A DNA stretch of 64,000 nt, taken from the NCBI GenBank assembly GCA_043825735.1, contig JBDRRP010000027.1, forward strand, positions 62,001-126,000. The letters run 5' to 3'. Position numbers and translations under genes: made by a program. Origin of the DNA: Pseudomonadota bacterium. GTDB taxonomy: Bacteria; Desulfobacterota; Desulfobacteria; Desulfobacterales; JBDRRP01. A model generated the notes under the pieces. The model ran no database searches, had not been told where the DNA came from, and saw nothing but the letters and a program-made list of their open reading frames with translations. Positions 1 through 9,755 of this stretch are shown in pieces (position 1 is the first letter of the stretch; the number at the start of each line of letters is the position of its first letter).

Positions 1-174
1 CTCCAGATACCGGCGGACACGCCAGCGCTCGCGGATGAGATCGATGATGCAAACGTCGTGGTCGGCGTCGATGTTGCCGCCGATGCTGGCAATGCCCAGG
101 TTGGGCATATGAAATGCCGATTCGTGCATGATCACCGGCGCCACGTCCGGCATGGAAACCAGCATGATTTTCAT
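1..174 (-). CDS. N-terminus (58 codons; runs off the window) of a probable B12-binding radical SAM protein
   Basis: Manual translation MKIMLVSMPDVAPVIMHESAFHMPNLGIASIGGNIDADHDVCIIDL... matches the typical 'MKILLV...PxLGxAxI...HxVxIID' start of B12-binding radical SAM proteins. ATG overlaps the upstream TGA (ATGA). The CxxxCxxC motif is outside the window. Confidence 0.65.
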   Translation of the reverse strand, partial: MKIMLVSMPDVAPVIMHESAFHMPNLGIASIGGNIDADHDVCIIDLIRERWRVRRYLE

Positions 175-995
175 GAGTCCTCTTTTCTGACGCCCTGGTC
201 TGACAACTGGTGATCCATGAGCATCTGCCGCACCGTTGCCATGAGTGCCCGTGTGTCGGCGGGGCGACGCCCTGTCGGGGGATCGATGCGCCCTACCCGC
301 GCCACCGAAATCCGGTTCGGCCCCCGGGAGCGGAAGGCAAACCGGCCGGGCTGGAACATGCGATCGGTGTTCTGGATATGAACCACTTCGATGGGCGCTC
401 CGCAGTTTCTGGCGATCTTGAAAGCGCCCGGGTTAAAGGCACCCATGGATCCGTCACGGCTGCGGGTGCCCTCGGGGAAGATGAACAGATTGCCGCCGGC
501 GGCCAGAAAATCCGGCAGGGCCTGCACCTGGCCGATGATGATATCCGCCCCCCGCCCCGCGGCCTCCGAAGGGATATAACCGGCGCGGGTGAGCATCCAT
601 CCGAAGATGGGAATGCGAAACAGCCGCCCCTTGACGATGGTTTTGTGCCGCGCGAACAGGGAGATCAGCAGCAGTGGGTCAAGGTAGGAAATGTGATTGC
701 TGACAATCACGGAGGAGCGGATGGCTGATACCGCCGGGCTGATATGCCACCGGTGATCAGGCATGAGCATGCGGATCAGGCTGATGAACCCTTGGTAGAA
801 CCGGCAGTTGAGCCGCTGAAAGGCAGCTTCGCGGTCCCTGGAAAAGATGCCGGATATCAAATAAAGCGGTGAAAAAAAGACGACGAACCCCAGTGTAAAA
901 TACGTCCACAGCACCAGCGTGATAAGCCGGTCTCGCACCGGCCGGTCATCCGGGTAGTCGTTTTCCCGTGCTGCGATTGCTTCCGAAGGTGCCAT
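171..995 (-). CDS. Lysophospholipid/1-acyl-glycerol-3-phosphate acyltransferase (PlsC family)
   Basis: NHISYLD (NHxxxxD) and FPEGTRS motifs; N-terminal TM segment. Confidence 0.9.
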   Translation of the reverse strand: MAPSEAIAARENDYPDDRPVRDRLITLVLWTYFTLGFVVFFSPLYLISGIFSRDREAAFQRLNCRFYQGFISLIRMLMPDHRWHISPAVSAIRSSVIVSNHISYLDPLLLISLFARHKTIVKGRLFRIPIFGWMLTRAGYIPSEAAGRGADIIIGQVQALPDFLAAGGNLFIFPEGTRSRDGSMGAFNPGAFKIARNCGAPIEVVHIQNTDRMFQPGRFAFRSRGPNRISVARVGRIDPPTGRRPADTRALMATVRQMLMDHQLSDQGVRKEDS

Positions 996-1005
996 CTGTT
1001 GCCGA

Positions 1006-2244
1006 TTACTCGTCGAAGGCCTTGATGAACAGGCAGGTGTTCACGCCGCCGAAAGCGAAATTCTGGACGGCTGCCACGCGGACGCGCGTTTGCACAAGCT
1101 GCCGGGCATGACGGATCATGGCGCAGCGCGGATCCACTGTTTCCAGGTTCAACGTGGGGGCCACGATCCCTTCGGCCATCATGATCAGAGCGATGATGGT
1201 CTCGATGGCACCGCACGATCCCATGGTGTGCCCCATATAGCTTTTCAAGCCGGTCACCAGCGGCCGGTCGCCGTAGATGCTGCCGATGGCCTGCGCCTCC
1301 ATGACGTCTCCGGTCTTGGTGGCCGTGGCGTGGGCGCTGATGAAATCCACATCTTCCGGATTGAGCCGGGCCGCATCGAGCCCGCAGCGGATGGTCCTTC
1401 GGATGCCGTCGATGTTGGGCAGGATGAGGTCCCCCCCGTTGTTGTAGCAGCTAAAACCGATCACTTCGCCAAGGATGGTGGCCCCGCGTTTTTTGGCCCC
1501 GTCCAGGGATTCAAGGAGCACGGCGCCGGCGCCTTCGCCCACCACCAACCCGTCGCGGTCCCTGTCGAAAGGCCGGGGAGTGCGGTGCGGGGTGTCGTTG
1601 TATTCCGTAGAGCAGGCCATCAGGTTGTCGAAGACCGCCACGGTGGTGGTGTCGTACTCGTCGGCGCCGCCGCAGAGCATGGCGTCCTGCAGACCGAATT
1701 TCACGGCCTCGTAACCAAACCCGATGGACTGGCTGCTGGTGGTACAGGCCGTCGAGGAAGCGATCACCCGGCCGGTGATACCGAACATCTTAGCGATGTT
1801 GGCCGCCGTAGTGTGAACCATGGATTTGAGATAATCCACCGCGCCGATGGCATTGAGCCGGGAGTCCGTTCCGCTGAAAAAGGTCTTGTAGATGCTGCGC
1901 TGTGCCGAGGGGCTGCCGTGGGTGGAGCCGAAGGCCACCCCCAGCCGGCCGGAGGTGACGAACTGCTCATCCAGGCCGGCCCGCTCGAAGATGTCCTTGG
2001 CCACCTGACAGGCGTAGTAGGAGACCGGCCCCATGGTCTTTCGGTCCCGCCGCTTGAAATCGTAGTCGATAGGGTAGTCCACCGTGCCGTACACCGCCGA
2101 GTGGATATAGTCGGTGAGCAGGCCGTCTTCCCTGAGCGGCTTCACGCCGGAAATGCCGCCGGTGAGGTGCGCCAGGATATCGGTCCGGGTGCGGCCGATG
2201 GGGGTAATGGCTGCGCATTCGGTGATGACGACGCGTCTTTCCAT
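1006..2244 (-). CDS. Beta-ketoacyl-ACP synthase (FabB/F-like, aryl-polyene-type KS)
   Basis: Catalytic TACTTSS, HATAT and KSYMGH motifs; C-terminal NFAFGG; start taken at MERRVVIT. Confidence 0.92.
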   Translation of the reverse strand: MERRVVITECAAITPIGRTRTDILAHLTGGISGVKPLREDGLLTDYIHSAVYGTVDYPIDYDFKRRDRKTMGPVSYYACQVAKDIFERAGLDEQFVTSGRLGVAFGSTHGSPSAQRSIYKTFFSGTDSRLNAIGAVDYLKSMVHTTAANIAKMFGITGRVIASSTACTTSSQSIGFGYEAVKFGLQDAMLCGGADEYDTTTVAVFDNLMACSTEYNDTPHRTPRPFDRDRDGLVVGEGAGAVLLESLDGAKKRGATILGEVIGFSCYNNGGDLILPNIDGIRRTIRCGLDAARLNPEDVDFISAHATATKTGDVMEAQAIGSIYGDRPLVTGLKSYMGHTMGSCGAIETIIALIMMAEGIVAPTLNLETVDPRCAMIRHARQLVQTRVRVAAVQNFAFGGVNTCLFIKAFDE

Positions 2245-2328
2245 AGACTCTTTCGTTAAGTGGCGATTGCGCTTATCGATGAAACGCAAGTTTAGCGTCA
2301 AAAGCCAGTGTCCCCAACGACATATTGA

Positions 2329-2426
2329 TCACCACGGAGGCACGGAGGGCACGGAGAAACTCAAAAGCATTTGATTTTGAATATAAAATCTCCGTGTCCT
2401 CCGTGACTGGTTCAACATCTCTGTGG
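2329..2426. repeat. Intergenic palindromic repeat (CACGGAG-unit family)
   Basis: CACCACGGAGGCACGGAGGGCACGGAGA ... TCTCCGTGTCCTCCGTG...CTCTGTGG inverted arms around an AT-rich loop. Confidence 0.8.
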
Positions 2427-2458
2427 GAAAAGACCCACTGGCGATTTGTGCATCAGCG

Positions 2459-2728
2459 CTATGGAAAAATTCCAGCACGCTGCTGTCGGTCCAGCATCTC
2501 GACGTAGTCGAGAATCTGGTTGATGGTCCGGATGTCCATGGCCATTTTTTTCTGCGCGCGGGAGAGCTGGAATCCCAGCAGCGTCTCAATCTCCCTGAGC
2601 AGTTCGATGGCGTCGATGCTGTCGAACTCGAAGGCGTCGCGCAGATCGTCGTCGAGCCCGGGGGCGTCGATCTCGAACTCCCGGCTGAATATTTTCAGGA
2701 TTTCCCGCTGTATCTCGTCACGTGTCAT
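2459..2728 (-). CDS. Acyl carrier protein
   Basis: Acidic ~89 aa protein with FDSIDAIEL phosphopantetheine-Ser motif, next to the KS gene. Confidence 0.9.
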   Translation of the reverse strand: MTRDEIQREILKIFSREFEIDAPGLDDDLRDAFEFDSIDAIELLREIETLLGFQLSRAQKKMAMDIRTINQILDYVEMLDRQQRAGIFP

Positions 2729-2825
2729 TGTCGTCCTTCTATCGGTCAATCGATCATCGACCGCTCTTACTACACATCCGCATTTTGTTAAAGCGCTGTG
2801 GATGGCCTAATTCTGAACCGCTGAG

Positions 2826-3258
2826 ACCAAAACCCGTTCTCGCGCAGAGCCGCAGGGACGCAGAGAACTGCGGGAATAAATGAACACCCAACATCGAACT
2901 CTGAACGCCGAACATCGAATGAAAACCAGGGCTCTCGCTAAGACGCAAAGCGCGCAAAGAACTTCAAGTTTGCTGAGACCCTGAAAATCGGACACCTTTT
3001 CCGGCATCGCCTGCTGTCGCCTAATGTAAAACCAAATTCGCGCCGCAGGCGTTTTCCCCCTGATTTTCTGGGCGTTCTTGGCGTCTTTTTGTCAGGGCGT
3101 AACAGCGCGAAGCCTGAGGCGAGAGGATCTCTATCTTGTTTTTCCATTCACCATTCGACGTTGGATGTTCGATGTTCAACATTCGTTTTTCTCTGCGTCT
3201 TGGCGTCTCTGCGCGAGTAATGGGTTTTTCTCCGTGTCCTCCGTGAACGCCGTGGTGA
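2826..3258. repeat. Composite/nested palindromic intergenic repeat; core homologous to 39870-40110
   Basis: TCTCGCGCAGAG...CTCTGCGCGAG outer arms, AACATCGAA/TTCGATGTT inner arms, and ~200 bp closely similar to 39925-40100. Confidence 0.85.
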
Positions 3259-3302
3259 TCAAAACGGTTCCCGGGAAAATGAAACCTCCGTCCGTTTTAC
3301 CG

Positions 3303-4211
3303 TCATTGCCCGTTCTTTCCAGCCCCGTCTATTCGTTTTCCGAGAAACGGCTGGAAATGATACCACTGGAAAGGGCTTCGGCGAACGGCTGCGGCCAGAA
3401 GATCGGCGTAGGCTTGGGCCGAGCGGGCGACGGCATCCGCGCGCCCCGCCCTATCCGGTGCGGTGACGTGAATCGGGGGGCTGAAGGAAAAATGATAGCG
3501 ACCGCGCCCCCGGCGACAGGCGAAAAACGCGATCAGTGGCGCCCTGGACAGCAGGGCGAACTGGTGTGGGACTTCCGGCAGCAACGCCTCATGGCCCAAA
3601 AAGCGCACCGGCACGCTGCGCTGATCGCTGTGCCAGAGCCTGTCGCCGGTCATGGAAACCACCCCGCCCTCCTGAATGAACCGGCGCCCCGTCACCAGGT
3701 CAAAGGGCGAGCGACCGTCGCGATCCACGGCGATGACCCGGACCCCGCTGTCCACGAGATCCACCTTCTGGAGGCGTTCGATGGCCTCGGTCTCCTTGCT
3801 TCCCATGTAAAGCAGCAGCCGCAGATCGGCGCGCTGGCGCCCCAGCAGATGGGCGGCCACTTCCCAGTTGCCCATGTGACTCATGAGCAGGATGGCGCCC
3901 TTTCCCTGGTCCAGGAGGCGGGTCAAGTGCTCCCAGCCGTCGAAGGTGTAGGTGATCTCCTCGGGGGCGGGCAGCATCATGCGGTCCATGAATACGGTGG
4001 TGAACTGCCGGAACTGCCGCCAGGTGCACCCGGCGGCGAACCACCGGCCGCGGTGGGGATACAGGGTCTGGTAAAACCGCACGCCAATGGCGACACGGCC
4101 CGGGCAGCAGAGAAAATACCCTGCTGCAATGCCCCCGGAGACCAGCGTGAAAAACCAGGGGCCGAGACGCCGGGACAAAAACACCAGGGCCTTGTAGAAA
4201 AGGGCTTCCAT
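3303..4211 (-). CDS. Lipid A biosynthesis (LpxL-like) acyltransferase family protein
   Basis: SHMGNWE motif, GDR, VRFLG and PFQWYHF C-terminal motif; start taken at MEALFYK. Confidence 0.85.
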   Translation of the reverse strand: MEALFYKALVFLSRRLGPWFFTLVSGGIAAGYFLCCPGRVAIGVRFYQTLYPHRGRWFAAGCTWRQFRQFTTVFMDRMMLPAPEEITYTFDGWEHLTRLLDQGKGAILLMSHMGNWEVAAHLLGRQRADLRLLLYMGSKETEAIERLQKVDLVDSGVRVIAVDRDGRSPFDLVTGRRFIQEGGVVSMTGDRLWHSDQRSVPVRFLGHEALLPEVPHQFALLSRAPLIAFFACRRGRGRYHFSFSPPIHVTAPDRAGRADAVARSAQAYADLLAAAVRRSPFQWYHFQPFLGKRIDGAGKNGQ

Positions 4212-4213
4212 GG

Positions 4214-4972
4214 TCAGGGCGTCCGCCGGGGCATCACGGCCGCGGCCACCCGACGGGTGATGAGCTGACGAAAGGTCTCGGTGTTGCGAAGAAAATCCAC
4301 GAGCGGCCGGTAATGGGAAACGCGTCCCCCGGGCGGGGTGTATTGCACCCGGACCGGTCGCTCGATGACGGGGATACCGGCCATCCGGGCCGCCACCAGC
4401 ACTTCGATCTCGTACTGGTAGCGTCGGGCTCGCACCGTTAGATCGAGCGTTTCGGGCAGCGGGTAGATACGAAACCCGCTCTGGGTGTCGGACACGTCGG
4501 GTCCACCGGCCATTTGAACCCAGAAATTGGAAAACTTGCGGCCGAATCGGCTCGCCCATGGGGCGCGGCCCGGGGACATCCCCGTGCGGCGACCGACGAC
4601 GATGGGCCGCTCGCCTTTGGGGATGGCCCGCAACAGATCGATCGCGTCTTGCGGATGATGCTGACCGTCGGCATCCAGGGTTATGGCCCAGTCGGCGGTG
4701 GCGGCCCCTTCGCGAAATCCGGAGCGCAGCGCAGCGCCCTTACCGAGGTTGACGGCGTGGCTGACCACGCGGATACTGTCCATGGCGGAAAGGACCCTGG
4801 CCGTGTCATCCGTTGAGCCGTCGTCCACCGCGATGACCGGAAATCCAAGGGCAAGACTTTCTCTGATGACCGCCCCCACCGCAGCGCCGTGGTTATAAAC
4901 CGGGATGACAACGACGCAGCGCTGGGGCGTGGGTTCCGATGCTGCCCGGACTTCCCGGGCCGGAGACCTCAT
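4214..4972 (-). CDS. Glycosyltransferase family 2 (DPM1-like)
   Basis: VIPVYN, VDDGSTD, NLGKGAAL, DADGQH, DTQSGFR motifs; ATGA overlap with the upstream gene. Confidence 0.9.
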   Translation of the reverse strand: MRSPAREVRAASEPTPQRCVVVIPVYNHGAAVGAVIRESLALGFPVIAVDDGSTDDTARVLSAMDSIRVVSHAVNLGKGAALRSGFREGAATADWAITLDADGQHHPQDAIDLLRAIPKGERPIVVGRRTGMSPGRAPWASRFGRKFSNFWVQMAGGPDVSDTQSGFRIYPLPETLDLTVRARRYQYEIEVLVAARMAGIPVIERPVRVQYTPPGGRVSHYRPLVDFLRNTETFRQLITRRVAAAVMPRRTP

Positions 4973-6708
4973 GCGTCCTCCGATGCCGGCGGCGCGTCCG
5001 GCAAAAACGCCACCGCCCAGGTGCCGGGCCCCATATGCGCGCCTGAAGTCAGAGACAACGGCCGGAGGAGAATCTCCGCATCCGGATAGCACCCGGCGAT
5101 GGATGGGGCCGCCGTTTTCGTCACCCAATCGCGGTTGTCGGAGTATTGCAGCAAAATGAGCGGCGCGGCGGCGGGCCCCAGACAGTCCTTCAAACCGCTG
5201 ACGGCAAAGGCCACCTGCTGCTGCCGGTTTCGCACCACACCGATTTTTTCGGCCCCGCTGGGCCGCGGGCTGATGATGGGTTTCATATTGAGCAGATCGC
5301 CCACAAACCCCTTTGATTTTGAAATCCGTCCGCCCCGGGCAAGATACTTCAACTGGTCCAAAAAGACATACTCCTCGCAGCGCGCCGCTGCCGACACAGC
5401 ATACCGGTACACCGCATCGGGATCATCCGCCCGCAAGGCCTCGCGCGCCGTGGCCAGTGCGATGAGGGCCAGGCGCCCGGAGGCGGCACCGGTATCCACC
5501 ACCGTCAGCCGCCCGTCCGGATCGTTTTGCGCCTGCCAGGCGGCGGCGGTATCCGCATTGCCGGTGAATGCCGACCCGACGGCGAGATAAATGACGTGCC
5601 GGTGGCGGCTGAGCACGCTCCGATAGCACTCGTGGCGCTCGAATACCGATGCCTGGGCCGTTGATACCGGACGGCCGGCGCGCATCGCGCTGTAGAGCAC
5701 CTCGGGCTTAAAATGGGTTTCCGGAACCACCTGGTCGTCCACCAGCAGGTAGCTGTCGAGCAGTGTGATCCCGAAGCGGTCGGCATCCGCCCGGGTGAGG
5801 GACCCAGCGGCGTCGGTGACCACGTGAACCCGGCCGCCGGCCGCGGGTGGTCGCCTGGCGGTGTCATGCGCCAGCGCACTGTCCTGCCAGTGGAGCACCG
5901 TGCCCACCGATTCCAGAAGCCGGCGGGCCTCGGCCCGGTCCCGGCTATGCAGGTGCAGCTTCACCTGCCGGTCCAACGTGTCGGCGACAATGCTTTCACC
6001 ATGGGCGGAAATGACATCGATGACGGCGGCTGCGTCACCGGCCGGCGCAATGAGGGCGTCGATGCAAAAACCTTCTTCGGCTGCCGGCTGAAAGGCCGGC
6101 GCAATCCGAAGGCGGCCGCTGAACCGATCTGAGGGGTCTGTCATGGAAGCTTCTGCGCCGGTCAGCTGCCCCCAGAATCCCTCCAGATAGATGAACAGGC
6201 CCAGGGCGCCGGCATCCACGACACCGGCACGGGCCAGCGCCGGAAGCTGATCAGTGGTTTTTTGAACGGCCAGCGCCAGTTCATCGATCAGCGGACTGCC
6301 TGAAGAAAGCTCCGGCGACGGTGGGCGCCGTTGAGACAGGGCCGATACCAGTGCGTCCAGAAGGCTGAGCATGGTCCCCGGCCGTGGATCGCGCATCACC
6401 TGCCAGGCGTGATCACGCCCCTCACGAGCGGCCGCAAGAAGACCGGCCGGCGTATCGGCAGCGAGAAAATGGGAGAAAAAGGCGGCGGCGATGTTTCCGG
6501 AATTGCCGGTGGCCGCGCGCGTCAATCTTCTGATCACCGGCACCGGGCTGCCGTCCAGGGCGCGGATGGGGGCCAGGGACACCTTTAGGTTGCGGCCCGT
6601 GTCGGCATCGGCTACCGGAAAAACGTTGATCCGATCCAAAAGATCCGACCAGGCGGCCACGCGCTCGTAACCCATGACATGGGCACTGCTGAGACGCGGA
6701 TCCATCAT
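4969..6708 (-). CDS. DAK2 (FakA-like)-DegV (FakB-like) fusion protein, fatty-acid kinase-like
   Basis: N-terminal INVFPVADADTG, PGTML and GVVDAGA (DAK2); C-terminal VVTD, STAQ, LARGGRI, KPII and AHMGPG (DegV). Confidence 0.85.
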   Translation of the reverse strand: MMDPRLSSAHVMGYERVAAWSDLLDRINVFPVADADTGRNLKVSLAPIRALDGSPVPVIRRLTRAATGNSGNIAAAFFSHFLAADTPAGLLAAAREGRDHAWQVMRDPRPGTMLSLLDALVSALSQRRPPSPELSSGSPLIDELALAVQKTTDQLPALARAGVVDAGALGLFIYLEGFWGQLTGAEASMTDPSDRFSGRLRIAPAFQPAAEEGFCIDALIAPAGDAAAVIDVISAHGESIVADTLDRQVKLHLHSRDRAEARRLLESVGTVLHWQDSALAHDTARRPPAAGGRVHVVTDAAGSLTRADADRFGITLLDSYLLVDDQVVPETHFKPEVLYSAMRAGRPVSTAQASVFERHECYRSVLSRHRHVIYLAVGSAFTGNADTAAAWQAQNDPDGRLTVVDTGAASGRLALIALATAREALRADDPDAVYRYAVSAAARCEEYVFLDQLKYLARGGRISKSKGFVGDLLNMKPIISPRPSGAEKIGVVRNRQQQVAFAVSGLKDCLGPAAAPLILLQYSDNRDWVTKTAAPSIAGCYPDAEILLRPLSLTSGAHMGPGTWAVAFLPDAPPASEDA

Positions 6709-7115
6709 ACGCCGCCCAGTGCCCGCTGGATCACGGCAGGCACTTCGAACTGCAGTTCCATATCCGGCAGTGTGACCGCCACCTGGTCGCTGGCGCCCCG
6801 GGCGCAGAGCAGATCGCCGGCCGCGCGCCGGATCTCGAAGGCCATGGCGATCTTGTACTGCACCTCCGTGACAGTGGCACGGCAGGTGATCACGTCATTG
6901 TGTCGCAGCGGGGCGATGTACTTGGCCGAGGAGCGGGTCAGGGGAAAGAGATAGCCCGCCTTCTGGGAGTAGCTGTAAAGGTCCACGCCGCAGGAGCGGA
7001 ACAGTTCAAAACGGGCGATATCGAAGTACTTGTAGTAATTCCCGTGCCAGACCACATGGAGCGGATCCAGGTCGTGAAAGGGAATGGTCAGGGTCACTTC
7101 GCAGGTAGCAAGCAT
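6705..7115 (-). CDS. Acyl-CoA/ACP thioesterase (4HBT/YbgC hot-dog family)
   Basis: FHDLDPLHVVWHGNYYKYFDIAR motif; start taken at MLATCEV. Confidence 0.88.
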   Translation of the reverse strand: MLATCEVTLTIPFHDLDPLHVVWHGNYYKYFDIARFELFRSCGVDLYSYSQKAGYLFPLTRSSAKYIAPLRHNDVITCRATVTEVQYKIAMAFEIRRAAGDLLCARGASDQVAVTLPDMELQFEVPAVIQRALGGV

Positions 7116-7239
7116 AGATTCGTCCGATATTAGTGAGTACCCACAATATGCGCGGGTATGCCGCCAGGTGCCATGTGTTTTCGCATAGAGCTCTTCAGGA
7201 AGCGCAGGGTTTTTAAGGCAAAGATGCCGTATTTTGCAC

Positions 7240-7463
7240 AGTGCCCATCGGCAGGCGGTAGGTTTTGGTTCCTGGCACCTGTCCGCCGAAGCTCGCAGAG
7301 CGAAGGCGGAAGGCTCGAGCACTTTTGCAACCGGAAGCGTAGCTCCGCTACGTTGAGGATTGCAATAGGTGCGAGTACGCCGCCAGGGGCCAGCGTTTCG
7401 CCTGGACCCCTGAGCGCAGCGCAGGGGTTCTAAGGCAAAGATGCCGTCTGCCGTTGGGCACTA
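7240..7463. mobile_element. MITE-like element with imperfect terminal inverted repeats, next to a partial duplicate
   Basis: TIRs 7240-7260 and 7442-7462 (18/21 match); a 30-bp direct repeat at 7201-7230 and 7418-7447 (28/30). Confidence 0.6.
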
Positions 7464-7751
7464 TTGGGAGTCCTGGACCTCCTTCACACCCTTCTTGACG
7501 TTATCCGGCGCCGCCTTGACTTCACGAACGGCCGCCTTGCCGGTCTTGCTGCCGGTTTCCTTGACATCCGACCAGGCCTCCTTGGCGTCGTCGGCGACTT
7601 TCTCCGGCACCTGTTTGCCGCTGTTCTTAATGTCGTTCCAGGCCTTTTTGCCACTGTCCTTCAGATCCGACCAGAAACCGGCGCCCACCGCCGGCGGCAG
7701 TGCCAGCAACAGGCTGCTTAAAATAACCATAATCCGCAGTAACCGTATCAT
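7461..7751 (-). CDS. Small secreted Lys/Ala-rich helical (LEA-like) hypothetical protein
   Basis: Signal peptide, repeated WxDxK motifs, purine-rich RBS region upstream. Confidence 0.7.
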   Translation of the reverse strand: MIRLLRIMVILSSLLLALPPAVGAGFWSDLKDSGKKAWNDIKNSGKQVPEKVADDAKEAWSDVKETGSKTGKAAVREVKAAPDNVKKGVKEVQDSQ

Positions 7752-8164
7752 TCGCCAATCCCTCACCTCTCCTGGAAATGCCCGATGTGAACGCCCGGCA
7801 ACACTACCACAGATTCCACATCCTGTGAACATATCGCACACTCGACCGGGCCGGCGCGAGCGCCCTGACCGCTGGAAGGGCTGTCGTTAAGGCTGAAACG
7901 ACAGCGACAGAATACCGTCTTTTTGTTGGATTGTGCGGTTCTCTCTGAATGATCCGGAAGGATCATTTGCGGGCAATGAATGTCAGCTTTCGCGGCAAGA
8001 ATATTGCGGTTTCTTAGGAAATTTAATAGCCTTTAACCGGATATCATACCGCCTCACCGTCAACAGCTTTTCCACAACTTTTCATTGAATTACTGCATCC
8101 ACCGTAATTCACCATAACTGCACCGTCCATTAACGTCGGTCGAATACCTGAAAGAGGCTACGGC

Positions 8165-9580
8165 ATGAAATCGAGCACTGTCTTCAAAATCGGCGGATTA
8201 TTCTTGATGATGCTTGCTTTTTACAATTCAAGCATCCCATTGGCGGCCGCTGCCGGATCGAGGCCGAAAACGGCAGCGGCACCGGAAACCAGCGCTGTCA
8301 TGACCCCGGAGGAGTTGCAATCGGCGGTGATCAGTTATGCCAACCGATTCATTTCGACCATCGGCCAGGCCGCGTTTCAACTGGAAAGGGAAATTCCCAC
8401 CCCGCAAGGCAGGCTTGTGGCCGCCTCGCGCAAAGTCTATTCCCTGAGCGCCGTCACGGAAATTGCGGCCGGCCCCAATTCGGGGGCGGCGCTTCTGGAC
8501 ATGGTGGTCATGGCGACCTTGAATCGCAGCGTCTGGGAAACCTACTGGCGGCCGCAGGTGTTCGGCCCGCAGGCGACAGTGATGGTGGATGCGTTTAAAA
8601 AAATGGAAACCGACGCATGGGCAGTGGCCGCAAAGGTGATGACGCCGGAGCAGCGCCAGGAATTTGGCGAGCTGATCGACGACTGGATCGCAAAAAACCC
8701 GCGCCAGATCGCCGTCGATTACATTCGTTTCAGCGATTTCGGCGGCCTCGGAAAGAAGCCCAACCTCAAGGAGATCCAAAAGCCCGGCGGACTTCTGGAA
8801 CCGGTCCGCCAAGCCACCGCTGCCGTGGACGAAGTGCGCATGACTTCCGAGCGGGCCATGTTCATGGCGAGCAAAATGCAGCTGATCATGGGTTTTCAGG
8901 CCGAGCTCGTTTACAAGACGCTGGTATTGCAGCCTGAAATGAGCGCTATTTTCAAGGATATCTCCGGCTTCAGGGCCACCGCGGACCGAATGGCCGGGTT
9001 TGTCGAGCAGATGCCCAAACTCGTGGCCGATGAACGCTCGGCCGCCCTGACCGATGTCTCGACGCTGATTGCCCGTGAACGCAGGGCGGTCCTCAAGGCC
9101 ATCGATGACAAGGCCGACACGCTTCACAATATCAACACCGACGTTCAGACCACGCTGGACCGCGTCAACACGACGTTTACCGGATTGAACAAAACAACGT
9201 CGGATATCGAAGCCCTACTTGAGAAAACCCAGCAGACGGCCGTGGTGGCCAATGATCTGGTGGCTTCCGTGGACAGGCTCATGGCCCGCCTGCAGTCCGG
9301 AAAATCAGCGGAGCCGTCCAAGCCTTTCGATATCAATGAATATGTCACCGCCATCGAGAAGGTCCAGGCCACCGTGACCGCACTGCACCAGCTCGTGACC
9401 TCCGTTGACCGGCCCAACGCCCCGCTGTTCATTGGCCTCATGAGTCAGTTGAACAAAAGCGCCGAGGCCCGCGTCGATCACATTTTCCGGCGCCTGATTC
9501 AAGTGCTGCTGGTCATCGGCGTCATCGGGCTTTTGCTGCTGATCGTTCATTTCAAGCTGAAACAAAGAATCTCAGGATAA
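8165..9580 (+). CDS. Exported coiled-coil hypothetical protein with a C-terminal membrane anchor
   Basis: Long ORF with GAGG RBS, signal peptide, heptad-rich middle and C-terminal TM helix. Confidence 0.75.
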   Translation: MKSSTVFKIGGLFLMMLAFYNSSIPLAAAAGSRPKTAAAPETSAVMTPEELQSAVISYANRFISTIGQAAFQLEREIPTPQGRLVAASRKVYSLSAVTEIAAGPNSGAALLDMVVMATLNRSVWETYWRPQVFGPQATVMVDAFKKMETDAWAVAAKVMTPEQRQEFGELIDDWIAKNPRQIAVDYIRFSDFGGLGKKPNLKEIQKPGGLLEPVRQATAAVDEVRMTSERAMFMASKMQLIMGFQAELVYKTLVLQPEMSAIFKDISGFRATADRMAGFVEQMPKLVADERSAALTDVSTLIARERRAVLKAIDDKADTLHNINTDVQTTLDRVNTTFTGLNKTTSDIEALLEKTQQTAVVANDLVASVDRLMARLQSGKSAEPSKPFDINEYVTAIEKVQATVTALHQLVTSVDRPNAPLFIGLMSQLNKSAEARVDHIFRRLIQVLLVIGVIGLLLLIVHFKLKQRISG

Positions 9581-9755
9581 GGGGAACTTTACGATGAAAG
9601 GTGACATGGTCGACCGATCGACATCGCCGAGTCTTTGAAGATTAGCGACCAGCAGTGGACATAGCAAAAAGCGGGCTTTCGGGTTCAAAAAAATCTTCGG
9701 GACTATCTACCAAGCGATTTTGCCTGAAGTGATCGACACGCGCCGGCCGCCATAG

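Noticed and set aside
2754..3147. Short ORFs similar to those at 39783-40311
   Set aside because: The similarity comes from the shared intergenic repeat; there is no RBS or coding signature.
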